A DNA stretch of 64,000 nucleotides from the human T2T-CHM13v2.0 reference genome, Homo sapiens. Shown here piece after piece: positions 45,426-62,771 of the stretch. The notes under the pieces were generated by a model. It was given only the letters and a program-made list of their open reading frames with translations. It was not told the DNA's origin and did not search any database. The number at the start of each line of letters is the position of its first letter. The stretch's first letter is position 1. Both the position numbers and the translations under genes were made by a program. The stretch lies in assembly GCF_009914755.1 (NCBI RefSeq), contig NC_060936.1; one strand, 5' to 3'.

Positions 45426-46435
45426 ACAGGGCAGGACATAAACATTCTTTCACCCATATAGACTGTTATCATCTATAATTCCTTAATGTGATGCTCTCAA
45501 ACCTCCCACAGGAGTCATGGAAATACTTGAGTACTTTCTATACACCAGGCCCTTTTCTAAGAACTTTACATGTACTACCTCATTACTCTCATGTAATAGC
45601 TTTATATGTGTTAACTAATTTAATTCTCACGATAACTACAAAGGAAGTACTATTATTACCTCTGTTTGGCAAATGAGGTAGAAACAACTGGCTAAGTAAC
45701 TTGCCCGAGGTCATAAAACTACCAAGTGATAGTGCCCAGATTTTGACAAAATTGAATCTGGTCCCAGAGCCTATGCCTTGAAGTGCCTTAAAATGCCACA
45801 TACATAAAATTATTTGCTAGAAGCTTTTTTGAAAAACAGCATTTAACTCTTAATAACACCTCATATTTCAAAGCTACCCCTTCGGTTTCAGCATTGCATG
45901 TAGGTTCAACTTTCCTCAGTTCCATCAGGGTAAGGAGATCTTTACCCTTAACAAAATCAATATTTTCTTCTACTGGAAGGGGGATAAAAGTGATGGTCAA
46001 AACTCTGAAAATAGAACCAATGGTTCAGCAAGTCTCTTTTACAGAAAACATCATCTCTGACAGAGAGCATGGTGATGAGCAACCTAGGTAACAATGATCA
46101 TTTCTGGAGCTTTTATTTCATGCTGGACACTTGGACACCATGTTATTTCATTACTGCTCACAAAGACACAACAAAGTAGACATGATTGTTCCCATGTTTC
46201 AGGTAAGGAAGGTGGGACCTTGCAGGGCTAAAGAAAGTTGCCCCAGAGTTGGTAAGGCATGGAGCTAAGATATGAACCAAAGTCCCAGACCCCTGTACTG
46301 TTCCACCTCCCTGCAGTCCAGACTGGCCCATAAGGTTTTTGAGGTGGAGGTTACACTCATTTTGACTTGCAGAGGGGGGAGAAGGGGCCAGAGTTGTAGA
46401 GTGAAGGGAGGATTTCTGAGACAGCATATGCCCAC

Positions 46436-46548
46436 CTGAAGTCCCACGAGTCTGTTTATGTCCTGAGCAGAGGGCAAATCGCAGTCATCTGAGAAAGCCG
46501 CCGCGTGGCCCAGGGCCAAGGTGGTGTCATACAGTTCTTGGATATCAC
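46436..46548 (-). CDS. GLT8D2: GLT8D2 exon (GDIQELYDTTLALGHAAAFSDDC...VGLQ)
   Basis: attcag acceptor; CAG|GTGGGC donor; 113 nt. Confidence 0.96.
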
Positions 46549-47151
46549 CTGAATTTAGAAACACCACCAAGTAAAACATTATAGCATTTGTTTTTGGGCT
46601 AGATAGAGCCTTAGAGCTTAAACAGCTCTTGATTTTGCTATGGGAGAAGAGTATTGGATCCCTGATTTCAAGTGGCTTGACTATTTATTTATTAAGAGTC
46701 TTGCCTACAGATTTAGAAAGCCACTGGATGATGAGTTCAAACTGGCACTGATCTAATTTCTTTATTTCTGTTGCTAAGTAGATACCACACCAATGCGTAT
46801 CCTGTTTGTAGTGGAAGAGATAGAACACAACATTTAAACACCAAAACTTAGCTCACTCCTAAGAATGTCATCCGTGACACTTTATTTCCGTACATTATAG
46901 GCATACAGGGAAAGGAAAGGCTACCAAGCTATTTATTGCTGGTTTTGACAATCAGAGTGTCAACTGGATTGTCTCAGTAAGTATCAACCCGTTTCCAAAA
47001 TACTTCCACATTTACAACAATACTGTACTCACAACTTAAATAAGCAGTCAAAACTTGCTGCACAATTAGTTATTTGAAAAATGAAGAGAGACAGTTATTC
47101 TACTTATCAGCTGCTTCTTTTCCAAGTGTTCTTGGCAGTTAGCGAGAGTAC

Positions 47152-47236
47152 CTTGTACAATTACATCATCGTCCAAATAGATGACTTTCTCGTGTTGGTG
47201 GATAAGTAGAGGGAGATAAAATCGAACAAAGTTCAG
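47152..47236 (-). CDS. GLT8D2: GLT8D2 exon with DxD motif (LNFVRFYLPLLIHQHEKVIYLDDDVIVQ)
   Basis: GT-A fold YLDDD motif; ttaacag acceptor; AAG|GTACTC donor; 85 nt. Confidence 0.96.
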
Positions 47237-47613
47237 CTGTTAAAACGACAAAAGAAATGATGGTGGGGGAGAGGCATATGGCTTAGTGTCTTCTGGGGGT
47301 ACTGGAGAGTCGGCTTTGACCATGGCCTCAGCTCAGCTCCAGGTTTGGAGCGGAATAAAACAGGAGCTAGCAAGATGTCTCATCTGAGCTTCCCAGTGCC
47401 CAACTTATCTGAGGCCTGGGGCTGAAGCCAGCGCTGACGGATCGGCCGTTCTCCTAGATACAAACCCCCTAGTGCCGAGGCTGTTGCCACTTTCATCTCT
47501 GCGAACTGCTGTAGTGGGAGTCACAGAGGCTCGTTAGTCACTTTTAGGGCACAAATCGCCTGCCTTTCTCTGTATTCAGTAATTTTGATAATTGTCAATT
47601 AAATCAGCCTTAA

Positions 47614-47649
<36 letters not shown>

Positions 47650-47651
47650 AC
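47614..47651. repeat. (CA)n microsatellite
   Basis: Direct reading. Confidence 0.9.
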
Positions 47652-47881
47652 GTGTGTCATTCCAACAGCAAGCTCAACCTTTTAGCTCCTTGAACCAGAA
47701 AAAGGAGCAGCATGACCTGTGGGTAGGAACTTCTAAGTTTCATTACTGACAACATTGCTTCCTCCGAAGTCATGGCTTGTACTCTGACAACATCTGGAAT
47801 TGGGGGAAGATCATATCACAGACAGAGGGCTCAGAATTAAGTAAATTTTCAGGGATGAATTTAAGTAACAATCATATGTAG

Positions 47882-48542
<661 letters not shown>

Positions 48543-49091
48543 AAAACACCACTTTTTATGCAGGAGAGGGTCCCTTTTGTAAGAACTCTTGCAGTAAAAT
48601 ACCTTAAGATTTCCAATGCTAGGAAAAGAGATGGTGTCTCCTGAATATATTATCTTAGTCAATACTATGAAGTATATAATCCATCATACTACTGTTTTTT
48701 CTTAGCTGTCGGACACTCCGAGGCAGCTTTAACGTACAATCACAGTTAAATATCCCAACAGCTGGTGGGTTTGGGACTCTTTTTCCTGGCCTCAGCTACC
48801 TGGCCCTCCTCCAGCTCCCACCCCCACAGACATATTCACACCCATAAATGCATTCTACATTTTTTTAATGCTTCACTTCTTCTTTAATAACTTCATTGTG
48901 CTTCTATAAACCATCTTAAATCCTTTCTGTAGCAGCTGGCTTATAAATTATACATAAGCGGAGTTTGGTGGAGATCAACTCCACATGGCTTCAAAAATAA
49001 TATTCCACATGCATCCCGGTGACTAGCACTCCTTTACTGAACAAAGGTCTCACCAAGGACTGTCCCCAGCACCTGTGTGGTCCCTACTTAC

Positions 49092-49209
49092 AGGCTGGAG
49101 CAATTCAGGCCTCGATGAGTCTGGTCTGATCTTCCCTTTGAGGACCATCGGGTTGAATTCCACGATTTTAAAGTTTATTTCTCTCAGTTTGGAATGTTCA
49201 ATCCATTTT
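49092..49209 (-). CDS. GLT8D2: GLT8D2 exon (KWIEHSKLREINFKIVEFNP...PELLQP)
   Basis: tttttag acceptor; CCT|GTAAGT donor; 118 nt. Confidence 0.96.
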
Positions 49210-51293
49210 CTAAAAAGATGACCAAAAAAACCTCTAGTATACCCTTCAATTCTTTCCTCCATTTGCCTATTGCCCCAAGGTCAATCTGTTGCCTCCCTAG
49301 AAAGTTAAAATTAAAATGTGCGTAAATTTAGTAGAGTTTAGTCCAATAAATCCCTCTGACTTTTCTCCCCATCTGGTCTGACTTTAAATCTTTTTTTCCC
49401 CTCAATCACGTAACTCTTTCTGCAAAGGAAATGAAGCAAAATAGTAATAACCAAATCTCTCCCCAGATCCAAATAATTTCCCCAGGAAACAGGAAGAATG
49501 AAAAGTATTCTTTCTTATATAGCAGCATCTGTGGTTGCTGGTACTATCTTCGCCACGTGGTAACAGCTCTGAAATATTATGAAACAGGACATTCTGAACC
49601 TTCAGCTTTGATCGAAGTCATTTTTACTCTGCTGTTTTGACTCCAAGGCTGATTTGAATTTACCTTTGTCTCTTTGATTTGGTCCCTTGATCTTCCCCAT
49701 CTGTCTTCGTTCCCCTTCTTCTCTTCCCCCTCCCTCTCCCCTTCTGTTTTCTTGGTCTTGCAGAATTTTTATCTTGTATCCAATTCATAATGAGGTTCTT
49801 GGTTGAAATAATCTCAAAATAAAATGTCGAATGACTAAAGCCACCTAGGGTAGTATTTGTTGTTGACTAAAAATCAACAAAAGAATTAAATGTGAACAAA
49901 ATTTAGATCTGCAAAATCTGAAAAAATAATTGGTCATATCAATTAAAAAAAGATAGACTAACAGCAAAATAGGCAAGAGACTTGAACACTTACTTCCAAA
50001 TGGTTACAAAGTGTGTGGGAAAAGTGTTCAATGACATTAGAAATAATGAAACTTCAAATTTCTAGATACCACTGGACACTAATCAAAATGGCAAACTTAA
50101 AAAGATTGATTTTATACTAAGTGTTAGTGAGAACATGCTGGATGTTACATGAGTGTGTTTACTTTGTGATGATCCAGTAAACTGCACACTGGATTTATAC
50201 AATTTTCTGTTTTGGGATTCTACTTCAATGAAAAAAAAAACTTTAAAGTATGTAAAAGGGGGCAGGGAGTAGACTGGACAGCAAGAACTGGGAAATAGCC
50301 CCTGGCCAAAGTCAGAAAGTCATGAGGTTCATGCCTTTTGTTAAGGACAAACCCTTGCCCAGAAACCTTATACATGCCATCCTTTTGGATTTGGTTATCT
50401 AGTTTTCATACCCATGGATAGTTAATGGGCTGTTAACAACAGGCTAAGTGAATGATGAGCAATAGTATGATAAGGAGAGTGAGAAATGAGACAGAAAATC
50501 CAGAAAGCATACACAAGACATCAAAACCCAGGGCAGCCAAGGGCCATTTAGATTATAGGCAAACACCTTTACAGATCTCAGTACCTCCTGATGGCACCAC
50601 TACAAAAACATTTAATTATAAAAGCAGTATGCAAATATATTCTCCTTTTGAATGATCAAATAATACTGAAACACCCTGAACTTCCTTTCATCAGCACCCT
50701 CCCTGATTCCTCTGTCCTCCCAAGAGATAGTGTTAACAATCTGATAGCTTTCCAGTTCTTTTTCTTCACAGAAACACATACATGTACATGTACACACTTA
50801 CAGTTAGGGGTTTTGAATTTCCTAAAGTAGATCATACTATACGAGTTATACTGCAGCTAGTTTTTTCCACTTAACAATATGCCTTGGGAATCTCCTATGT
50901 CTGCTTAGACAGAGTGCCTTCTTTCGTTAACATCTGGATCATATTTCACAGTTCATTTAAATATTCTTCCATTGGTGGACATTTCAGCACTTTGAAATGT
51001 TTTCACTAATTCACATAATGCTGAAACTAGCATTGTTGTACACGTATTTTGGTAATATGTACTAGAATTTTTGTAGCACAGATTCCTGGAAGAGGAAAAG
51101 GCATGTGAATCAAATTATATATGCATACAACCTTTTGATAGATATTGCCATGTTGACCTTGCCAAATGTCTTACCAACTTAGAAAATGCACATTGTATAA
51201 ATAAGGAATAAGCATGCCCATTTTCCTGCACTGGGTAATGTTGTTCTGTTTAATTTTTGCCAACCTGATGAGTGAAGATTGTCACTGAAGTGA

Positions 51294-51953
<660 letters not shown>

Positions 51954-52355
51954 TACAACACCTTTTCATGTTTATTGGCCATTTGTATTTTTTTCCTCTG
52001 TGAATTATCTGGTTATATCCTATGCCCATTTTTTAACCATGTTTTTAAAATTTTTGTAACAATTCTATATTTTGGATGGTAATTTTTTGTCTATAATACA
52101 TGTTAAAAATACTTGGTCCTAATCTATTGTATGAATAGCTTCACTTGTATTTTTCATCATTGTAAAGTTTTTAAATGTGATGCAGTCAAATCTGTCCATT
52201 TTTCTGGATGATTTCTGGGCTCAGAGAGACACTCTCCAAACCAAGATTTTACAATTATCTTTCATTTTTATAATATGTTCAAATTTTAATTTTCTGTTTA
52301 TTTTTTCTTAATCCAAAAAGAAAGGAAATCTATTTAAGGAAATATAAGAAAGTAG

Positions 52356-52800
52356 AGGCCAGGTGTGGTGGCTCACACCTGTAATCCCAGCATTTTGGGA
52401 GGCTGAGGAGGGAGGATTGCTTGAACCCAGGATTTCAAGACAAACCTAAGCAACAAAGAGAGACTCGCTCTCCACAAAAAAATTAGAAAATGAGCTGGGT
52501 GTGGTAGCATGCACTTGTAGTCTCAGCTACTTGGGAGGTGGAAACAGAAGGATTGCTTGAGCCAGGGAGGTCAAGGCTGCAGTGAGCTGTGATTGCGCCA
52601 CCGCACAATCCAGTCTGAGCAACAGAGCAAGATCCTATCAGAAAGAAAGAGAGAAAGAGAGAAAGACAGAGAGAGAGAGAGAGACAGAAAGAGAGAGGGA
52701 GAGAAAGAGAGAAAGGGAGAGAAGGCAAGAAAGAAAGAAAAGAAGAAGAAGAGGTAGGGAGGGAGGGAGGGAGGGAAGGAGAGAGGGGAAGGAAACAGAA
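52356..52800 (+). mobile_element. Alu followed by a GA-rich tract (52640-52800)
   Basis: Dimer, then (GA)n/(GGGA)n. Confidence 0.9.
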
Positions 52801-52829
52801 AGTGCCAAAGTCTGTAAGACATAACTTAC

Positions 52830-53001
52830 CGTATTCGAGTCAGAGTATTCCGGAGTCCCACTACATAGAACAAGATGTTGGCGTCAGTGTTGCTGTAGAT
52901 GCTATTGATGGCAGCCATAGTGGCACCCATCCTCCCTGCTGCAGCACAAATCACCACAGGAATCTCTTCTTCCAGTTCTTCAGGAGTCTCGGATTCATCA
53001 T
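52830..53001 (-). CDS. GLT8D2: GLT8D2 exon (DDESETPEELEEEIPVVICAAAG...LTRIR); upstream coding exons lie outside the window
   Basis: tttccag acceptor; CG|GTAAGT donor; 172 nt; the 7 exons are phase-consistent and total 938 nt. Confidence 0.96.
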
Positions 53002-53109
53002 CTGGAAACATAAAAACTGGTGTCTTGGAACATGAAAGAATTTCACAGTAGAGCCAGTTTAATGCATCTTCCATACTCCTGGGGGAAGATGGCATAGTGT
53101 GGAAGAGAC

Positions 53110-53519
53110 TGCTGATTGTTCTCCAATATCTAGTCATTCTGTCTTCCCTTAGAAAAGAACTTTGGAATTTTAGCTGGTACATAGCCAACCACAAAGACTA
53201 TTTTACCAACTCCCGTGCAGCTCTATATGATCAAGTTCTGACCAATGGGATGTTGGTTTAAGTAATGTGTGCCACTGCTGGGTCTACCCTTCAAAGGAAT
53301 GCTCACTCACCCCCTTGCCTTTCCCCTTTCCCATTAGCTGGACTGTTGATATGATGGTGGGAGTTAGAGTTGCCAGCTTAGACCACAAGATGGAAGCTAC
53401 TTGTTGAGGTCACCAAAACCATAATATAGAAGGAATCTTGATCTGGATAATTGTGGAACTGATACATCAGACTTATACTTGAGAGAGGAAATAAACTTCT
53501 ATTTTGTTTATGTCGCTAT
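53110..53519 (+). mobile_element. Old MaLR (MLT1-type) LTR; remainder at ~56500-56550
   Basis: gaccaatgggatg ... aataaacttctattttgtt MLT1 motifs. Confidence 0.6.
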
Positions 53520-56496
<2,977 letters not shown>

Positions 56497-56925
56497 TAAA
56501 ATCTATTATTTTGGAGCTATCTTACAGGAGCCAGTTGGCTAGCCTAAAACACACACACACTTAAAAAACATACAAAGAACTGAAAAGCCTCATTTGTCCA
56601 ACAGTCCTCAACTCTTCCCTGAATCAGAATATTTACTTTGCCTACACTGCTATAAGATACTGGTTGTGATTTTCCCTCTCCTATCCCCATTCTAGTCAAG
56701 TTTCTCAAACGTTGACAGCAAGAGGAAGGAGGTAAATGAAAGAACATGACTAATGCACAAGATAAATAATTAATTATTCTTTTGAGCCTGGCTATGCTAT
56801 AAAATACCAAAGCCATAACATCATACTTTAGTACCGCAATACAACTTTCAGCCATGGAGAAGAATAATGATCCATAAGCAGAGTATTCAGTATCCACTAT
56901 AAAGTACTCATCTGATTTATACTTA

Positions 56926-56929
<4 letters not shown>

Positions 56930-56965
<36 letters not shown>

Positions 56966-57008
56966 CCCGCTCTCTCCACCTGCTCTCTCCCCCTCCCCCT
57001 TCTCTTTC
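56930..57008. repeat. (CT)n / pyrimidine-rich tract
   Basis: Direct reading. Confidence 0.9.
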
Positions 57009-57413
57009 CAGATCCTTTTTGGAAAACCTCTATCCCTGAGGTCCAGGGTAGTTCTAGCTGATATTTCATTCAATAAGCATTTCTTGAAATTAACTACCAG
57101 GTACTGCATTTTGTGTAATTTAAGACACATTGAATGGCCTCCTCTTTCTCCTTCTATGTCTTTTCTACCAGCTTGCTACTGCATCTGAAATTTCCACCAC
57201 TAGAATAATTTTGTTTTCACAATATATTTACTGACATGAGAGAATGCTCATAAAACACTGTTAAGGAGGAAAAGAATACAAAATTCTCTCTAGTATTTGA
57301 TCACAATTTGATACATACATATTTGCAAATGGACCTATGTCTATTTATGGAATTAGGAGTGATTTTGATTTTATTTGTATTTCTTATACTTTCCAAATTG
57401 ACTAAAGTAACCA

Positions 57414-59693
57414 TGATATGGTATGGCTCTGTGTCCTCACCAAAATCTCATCATGAATTATACTCCCATAATTCCCACATGTTGTGGGAGGGACCCAGTG
57501 GGAGATAATCTGAATCATGGGGGTGGTTTTCCCCATACTGTTCTCATGGTAATGAATAAGTCTCATGAGATCTGGTAGTTTTATCAGGGGTTTCTGCTTT
57601 TGCATCTCTCACTTTCTCTTGCTGCTGCCATGTAAGAAGTGCCTTTCGCCTCCTGCCATGATTCTGAGGCTTCTCCAGCCATGTGGAACTGTAAGTCCGA
57701 TTAAAACTCTTTTTCTTCCCAGTCTCAGGTATGTCTTTATCAGCAGCATGAAAACGGACTAATACAGTAAATTGGTACCAGTAGAGTGGGACGTTGTTGA
57801 AAAGATACCAACAAATATGGAAGCAACTTTGGAACTGGGTGACAAACAGAGGTTGGAAGAGTTTGGAGGGGTCAGAAGAAGACAGGAAAATGTAGGAAAG
57901 GTTGGAACTTCCTAGAGACTTGTTGAATGGCTTTGACCAAAAGCCAGTTAGAGACATGGACAATAAGGTTCAGGGTGAGGTGGCCTCAGATGTAGATGAG
58001 GAACTTGTTGGGAACTGGAACAAAGGTGACTTTTGTTATGTTTTAGCAAAAAGACCAGGGGCATTTTGCCCTGCCCTAGGGATTTGTGGAACTTTGAACT
58101 TGAGAGAGATAATTTAGGATATCTGGCAGAAGAAATTTCTAAGCAGCAAAGCATTCAAGAGGTGGCTTGGGTGCTGTTAAAGGCATTCAGTTTTATAAGG
58201 GAAGCAGAGCATAAGAGTTCAGAAAATTTGCAGCCTGACAATGTGATAGAAAAAAAAAATAACATTTTCTAAGGAAAAATTCAAGCTGGCTGCAGAAATT
58301 TGCATAAGTAACAAGGAGCCAAACATTAATCCCCAAGACAATGGGGAAAATGTCTCCAGGGCATATCAGAGGGCTTCACAGCTGCCCCTGCCATCACAGG
58401 CCCGGAGGCCTAGGAGAAAATGGTTTTGTGGTCTGGGCCCAGGGTCCTGTGCTGCATGCAGCCTAGGGACGTGGTGCCCTGTGTCCCAGCCACTCCAGCC
58501 ATGGCTGAAAGGGGCCAACATAGGGCTTGCGCCATGGCTTCAGAGGGTGCAAGCCCCAAGCCTTGGCAGCTTCCACGTGGTGTTGAGCCTGTGAGTGCAC
58601 AGAAGTAAAAAATTGGGGTTTGGGAACCTCCACCTACATTTCAGAAGATGTATGGAAATGTCTGGATGCCCAGGCAGAAGTTTGCTGCAGGGGCGGGGGC
58701 CTCATGGAGGACCTCTGCTAGGGCAGTGCAGAAGGGAAATGTGGGGTCAGAGCCCCCACGCAGAGTCCCTACTGGGGCACTGCCTAGTGGAGCTGTGAGA
58801 AGAGGGCCACCATCCTCCAGACCCCAGAATGGTAGATCCACTGACAGCTTGCACCGTTGCTGGAAAAGCTACAGACACTCAATGCCAGTCCATGAAAGCA
58901 GCTGGGAGGGAGGCTGTATCCTGCAAAGCCACAGGGTAGAGCTGCCCAAGACCATGGGAACCCACGTCTTGCATCAGCATGACCTGGATGCGAGACCTGG
59001 AGTCAAAGGAGATCATTTTGGAGCTTTAAAATTTGACTGCCCCGCTGGATTTTGGACAAGCACAGGGGTAACCCCTTTGTTTTGGCCAATTTCTCCCATT
59101 TGGAATGGCTGTATTTACCAAATACCTGTACCCCCACTGTATCTAGGAAGAGGAAGTAACTAGCTTGCTTTTGATTTTACAGGCTCATAGGCAGAAGGAA
59201 CTTGCCTTGTTTCAGATGGGACTTTGGATTGTGGAGTTTTGAGTTAATGCTGAAATGAGTCAAGACTTTGGGGGACTGTTGAGAAGGCATGATTGGTTTT
59301 GAAATGTGAGGACATGAGATTTGGAGGGACCAGGGGCAGAATGATATGGTTTGGCTCTGTGTCCCCACCCAAATCTCATCTTGAATTGTACTCCCATATT
59401 TCCCACATGTTGTGGGAGGGACCCAGTGGGAGATGATGTGAATCATGGGGATGGTTTCTCCCATACTGTTCTCATGGTAGTGAATAAGTCTCATGAGATC
59501 TGATGGTTTTATCAAGGATTTTCACTTTTGTATCTCTCATTTTCTTTTGCTGCTGCCATGTAAGAAGTGCCTTTCACCTCCCACATGATTCTGAGGCCTC
59601 CCCAGCCATGTGGAACTGTAAGTCCAATTAAACCTCTTTTTTTCCTCAGTCTTAGGTATGTCTTTATCAGCAGCATGAAAACGGACTAATACA
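57414..59693 (+). mobile_element. Full-length THE1A-type MaLR element (LTR 57414-57766, internal region, LTR 59342-59693)
   Basis: Two similar TGATATGG...CTAATACA LTRs; polypurine tract before the 3' LTR; 5-bp TSD AACCA. Confidence 0.93.
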
Positions 59694-59869
59694 AACCATG
59701 AATTATTTTTATAAACAAACCAAAAAAAAAAGTTTCTTAAGGATTATTCCTTTTGGACTAAGTTGTAATCTTATGGAGGTATCATGTGATATGTTACCTG
59801 CTGGCTGTGAACTGATCTGCCAAAAAATGAGAATTTGACGTTTCTTTGCTGCTGAAAGTTCCTCATTGG

Positions 59870-60530
59870 TTCCTAAAAGGTAAAGCCACATTTCTTTGCC
59901 TGGCACACAAGACCCCTCATGATCCAGCCCCTGCTCACTTCTCCAGCCTCACCTCCTTCTATTTTAGCAACACCAAAGCCCTCGTGGTTCCCTGAACACT
60001 ACTCTTATCTCAGTGCCTTTGCACATGATGTTCCTTCCCAATGCCTGGAATGATTTCAATATCCTTTTCTGCATGGCTAACCCTTACATATTCATTCCAA
60101 ATGCAGTACTGACATCAGATCCTCTGGGAAGCCTTTAATACCTCCCTACACATAAATTAACACGCACCTTCTCTATGCTGTGGCCTTGCCTATGGTTGAA
60201 TTTATTAATTGCGTTGGAATTTATTTGGTTGCATGTCTTTCCTCTTTCTCCTATTACACTAGGAGCTCTGTGAGGGCAGGTATTTTGTTCATCTCTGTAT
60301 CCTCTGCAGCTGTCCCAGTGCCTGGCACATAGTAGATTTTCAATACGATCTGAATAGATGGGTGAATATTAGATATCTCTATTTGAGCACTTGCCACAAT
60401 GCCTGGAAGAATCTATTTATGTGTCTGTCTCCTCCACTAGACTGTAAGCTCATTATATTATCCCCACTGAGTCTGGCACTTTGGAAGTGCTTAATGAAAG
60501 TTTGCTGGAATGAACTAAATGGAATTGATG
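59870..60530 (+). mobile_element. L2 fragments
   Basis: cagtgcctggcacatagtag and tgaatga-type 3' ends. Confidence 0.6.
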
Positions 60531-61587
60531 AATGAGTCTCAGAAAACAGGGCCCTTGAGGAATAAGAGGGAAGGGTAAAAAAGCTGGGGCTGTGCCTGGC
60601 TGCCAGAGTCAGACGGAGGCCTTCAGCAGACTGTGGGAAGCACAAGGTAAAAGGAAAGTGTCCTCATAAAAGAGGGGACACTCCAGAAAAAGGTCAAACA
60701 TTGAGTGTCCAGCTCTGCTGCCAACACATGACACTGCCACACTCCTTAGGGGCCTCTGCCAGGTAGAGAAACTGAGCACTAACTTAAGCCAAAAATACTG
60801 CTCTCTGCCAAAAAGTTCCCCCTGGACAGAATGAAGGACAAATGCACACTGGAGAAATGTGGCAGAAAGGCTTATCAACTGTACCTTCTTCATCAATGCT
60901 CCATCCTTGCAGTTTCTTTAGGAATTATCTGCTCCATTATTTGGATTCATTGTACCAACTGGTGCCTGAGCCAAAGCATTAAAATGTTGGCTATGGGAAA
61001 CTATTTGGTGCCTAACAAAAATAGTAAACATCACAATGCTGGCAGAATGGAACAGAAATGATACTGCCTTCGTCCATTCCATAAGCAGCTCTGATCAAGC
61101 CACGCCTATTCCTAGAAGAAAGGAAATGTCTGCTTTCCTAATGCCATGACTCAGAATTCCATTTCAAATAAGGATTGTTTTAGCCAAGTGTATCAGCTTA
61201 CCTCTCCCCAAGTGGGACAGCTGTGAGTGACCAGCACACTAGTCACAAGAGAAGTATCGGGAGATTACATGGAGTGTCACAATGGGGATATTACAGAGAA
61301 TACCGCCATGTTTTACTTGAACGTAGGACTTCACAGGGCCTCTGGACATCAACTTAGAACACTAGTTCTTTGAATTAATGTTTTTCAAATTATAAAAAAT
61401 AATACATAATTATTGAAAAAATTTCAGCCCAAACAGAAGAGTATTTGGTAAATTGTGACTGTTTTCTGCAGACCTCTCACTCCCACTCCAAAAGTAGACC
61501 TCTGCTTTATAACAATATATAACACAACCAGTGTGGTGTGTGCCCCTTAAACCCTTCTTAATGGTAATACTAAAGAATATATACCTG

Positions 61588-61869
61588 GGCCGGGCGCAGT
61601 GGCTCACATCTGTAATCCCAGCACTTTGGGACACTAAGGTGGGCAGATCATCTGAGGTCAGGCGTTTGAGACCAGCCTGACCAACATGGAGAAACCCCAT
61701 CTCTCCTAAAAATACAAAATTAGCCAGGCATGGTGGCGCATGCCTGTAATCCCAGCCACTCGGGAGGCTGAGGCAGGAGAATCACTTGAACCCAGAGGCA
61801 GAGGTAGTGGTGAGCCGAGATGGCACCATTGCACTCCAGCCTGGGCAACAAGAGCGAAACTCTGTCTCA

Positions 61870-61903
<34 letters not shown>

Positions 61904-61905
61904 TA
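61588..61905 (+). mobile_element. Alu with A/(TA)n tail
   Basis: TSD ATATATACCT. Confidence 0.95.
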
Positions 61906-62367
61906 CCTTAAACACTTATTATTTAAAAACCAAAATGGAATCATACTTTTCAGTCTCTTCTGCAACTTGCTTTTCCCATTTAACATACCACAAGCATTCT
62001 TCCATGCCAATGCTACATTCGTTTGAATGGTATTTTATAACATCGATTTTAAAAAATTTTAACACTGAATGGATAAACATGTGATAATGGATCCATTCAT
62101 GTGGTCCAAATGCTTTGTTTCTCTGTATAGGTCTGATTAGGCAGTCAGGATGTGCATTTCTTTGGAGCTGTTTTAACAGCTGTTTTAAAACCTATCCACT
62201 TATTTTCCTGAAGAAGGGAGTCTGTGGTGGGATTAGCTGAGTGAATGTGTTGGTTTATGAGCAGGGATTGAAGCATGAAGAGTGGAGTCAGTTCAGATGA
62301 CATTTGTCTTTATGTGACTTCCTTCTCTCTCTCTCTCTTTTAGAACAGTTTATTGAGGTGTAGATAC

Positions 62368-62771
62368 TGCTATGGACTGAATTGTGTCCTCCAGAGTCCG
62401 TTTGTTAACGTCTTAGCTTCCAGCATCTCAGGATGTCCATGCACTTAATTGCCTTTAAAAAGGCAAATAAGTTAAAATGAAGCCATTTGGTAGGCCTTAT
62501 CCCAGTAAGACTGGTATCCTAATAAAAGGAGGAAAAGAGGAGAATCACACAGAGGGTCACAGCCAGGAATGCAGCACAGAGAAAAGGCCACGTGAGGACA
62601 CAGCAAGAAGGCGGCCATCTGCATGCCAAGGAGAGAGGCCTCAGGAGAAACAAAACCTGCTCACACCTTGATCCTGGACTTCCAGCCTCCAGAACCAGAG
62701 AAAATACATTTCTATGGTCTAGCCACCTAGTCTGTGCTATTTTGTTATGGCAGCCCAAGCAAACGAATACA
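62368..62771 (+). mobile_element. MLT1A-type MaLR LTR within an L1M fragment (to ~63250)
   Basis: aaggagagaggcctcaggagaaa...tttgttatggcagccc...aataca. Confidence 0.85.

Noticed and set aside
57500-57520. DUX4 site in the THE1A LTRs
   Set aside because: Both LTR copies deviate from TAAYYYAATCA
58648-59163. 171-aa ORF
   Set aside because: Inside the THE1A internal region; residual MaLR frame
62519-62758. ORF containing VTLCVIL as the missing GLT8D2 exon
   Set aside because: Flanking residues do not match GLT8D2 and it lies in an MLT1A LTR; kept only as a possible copied fragment
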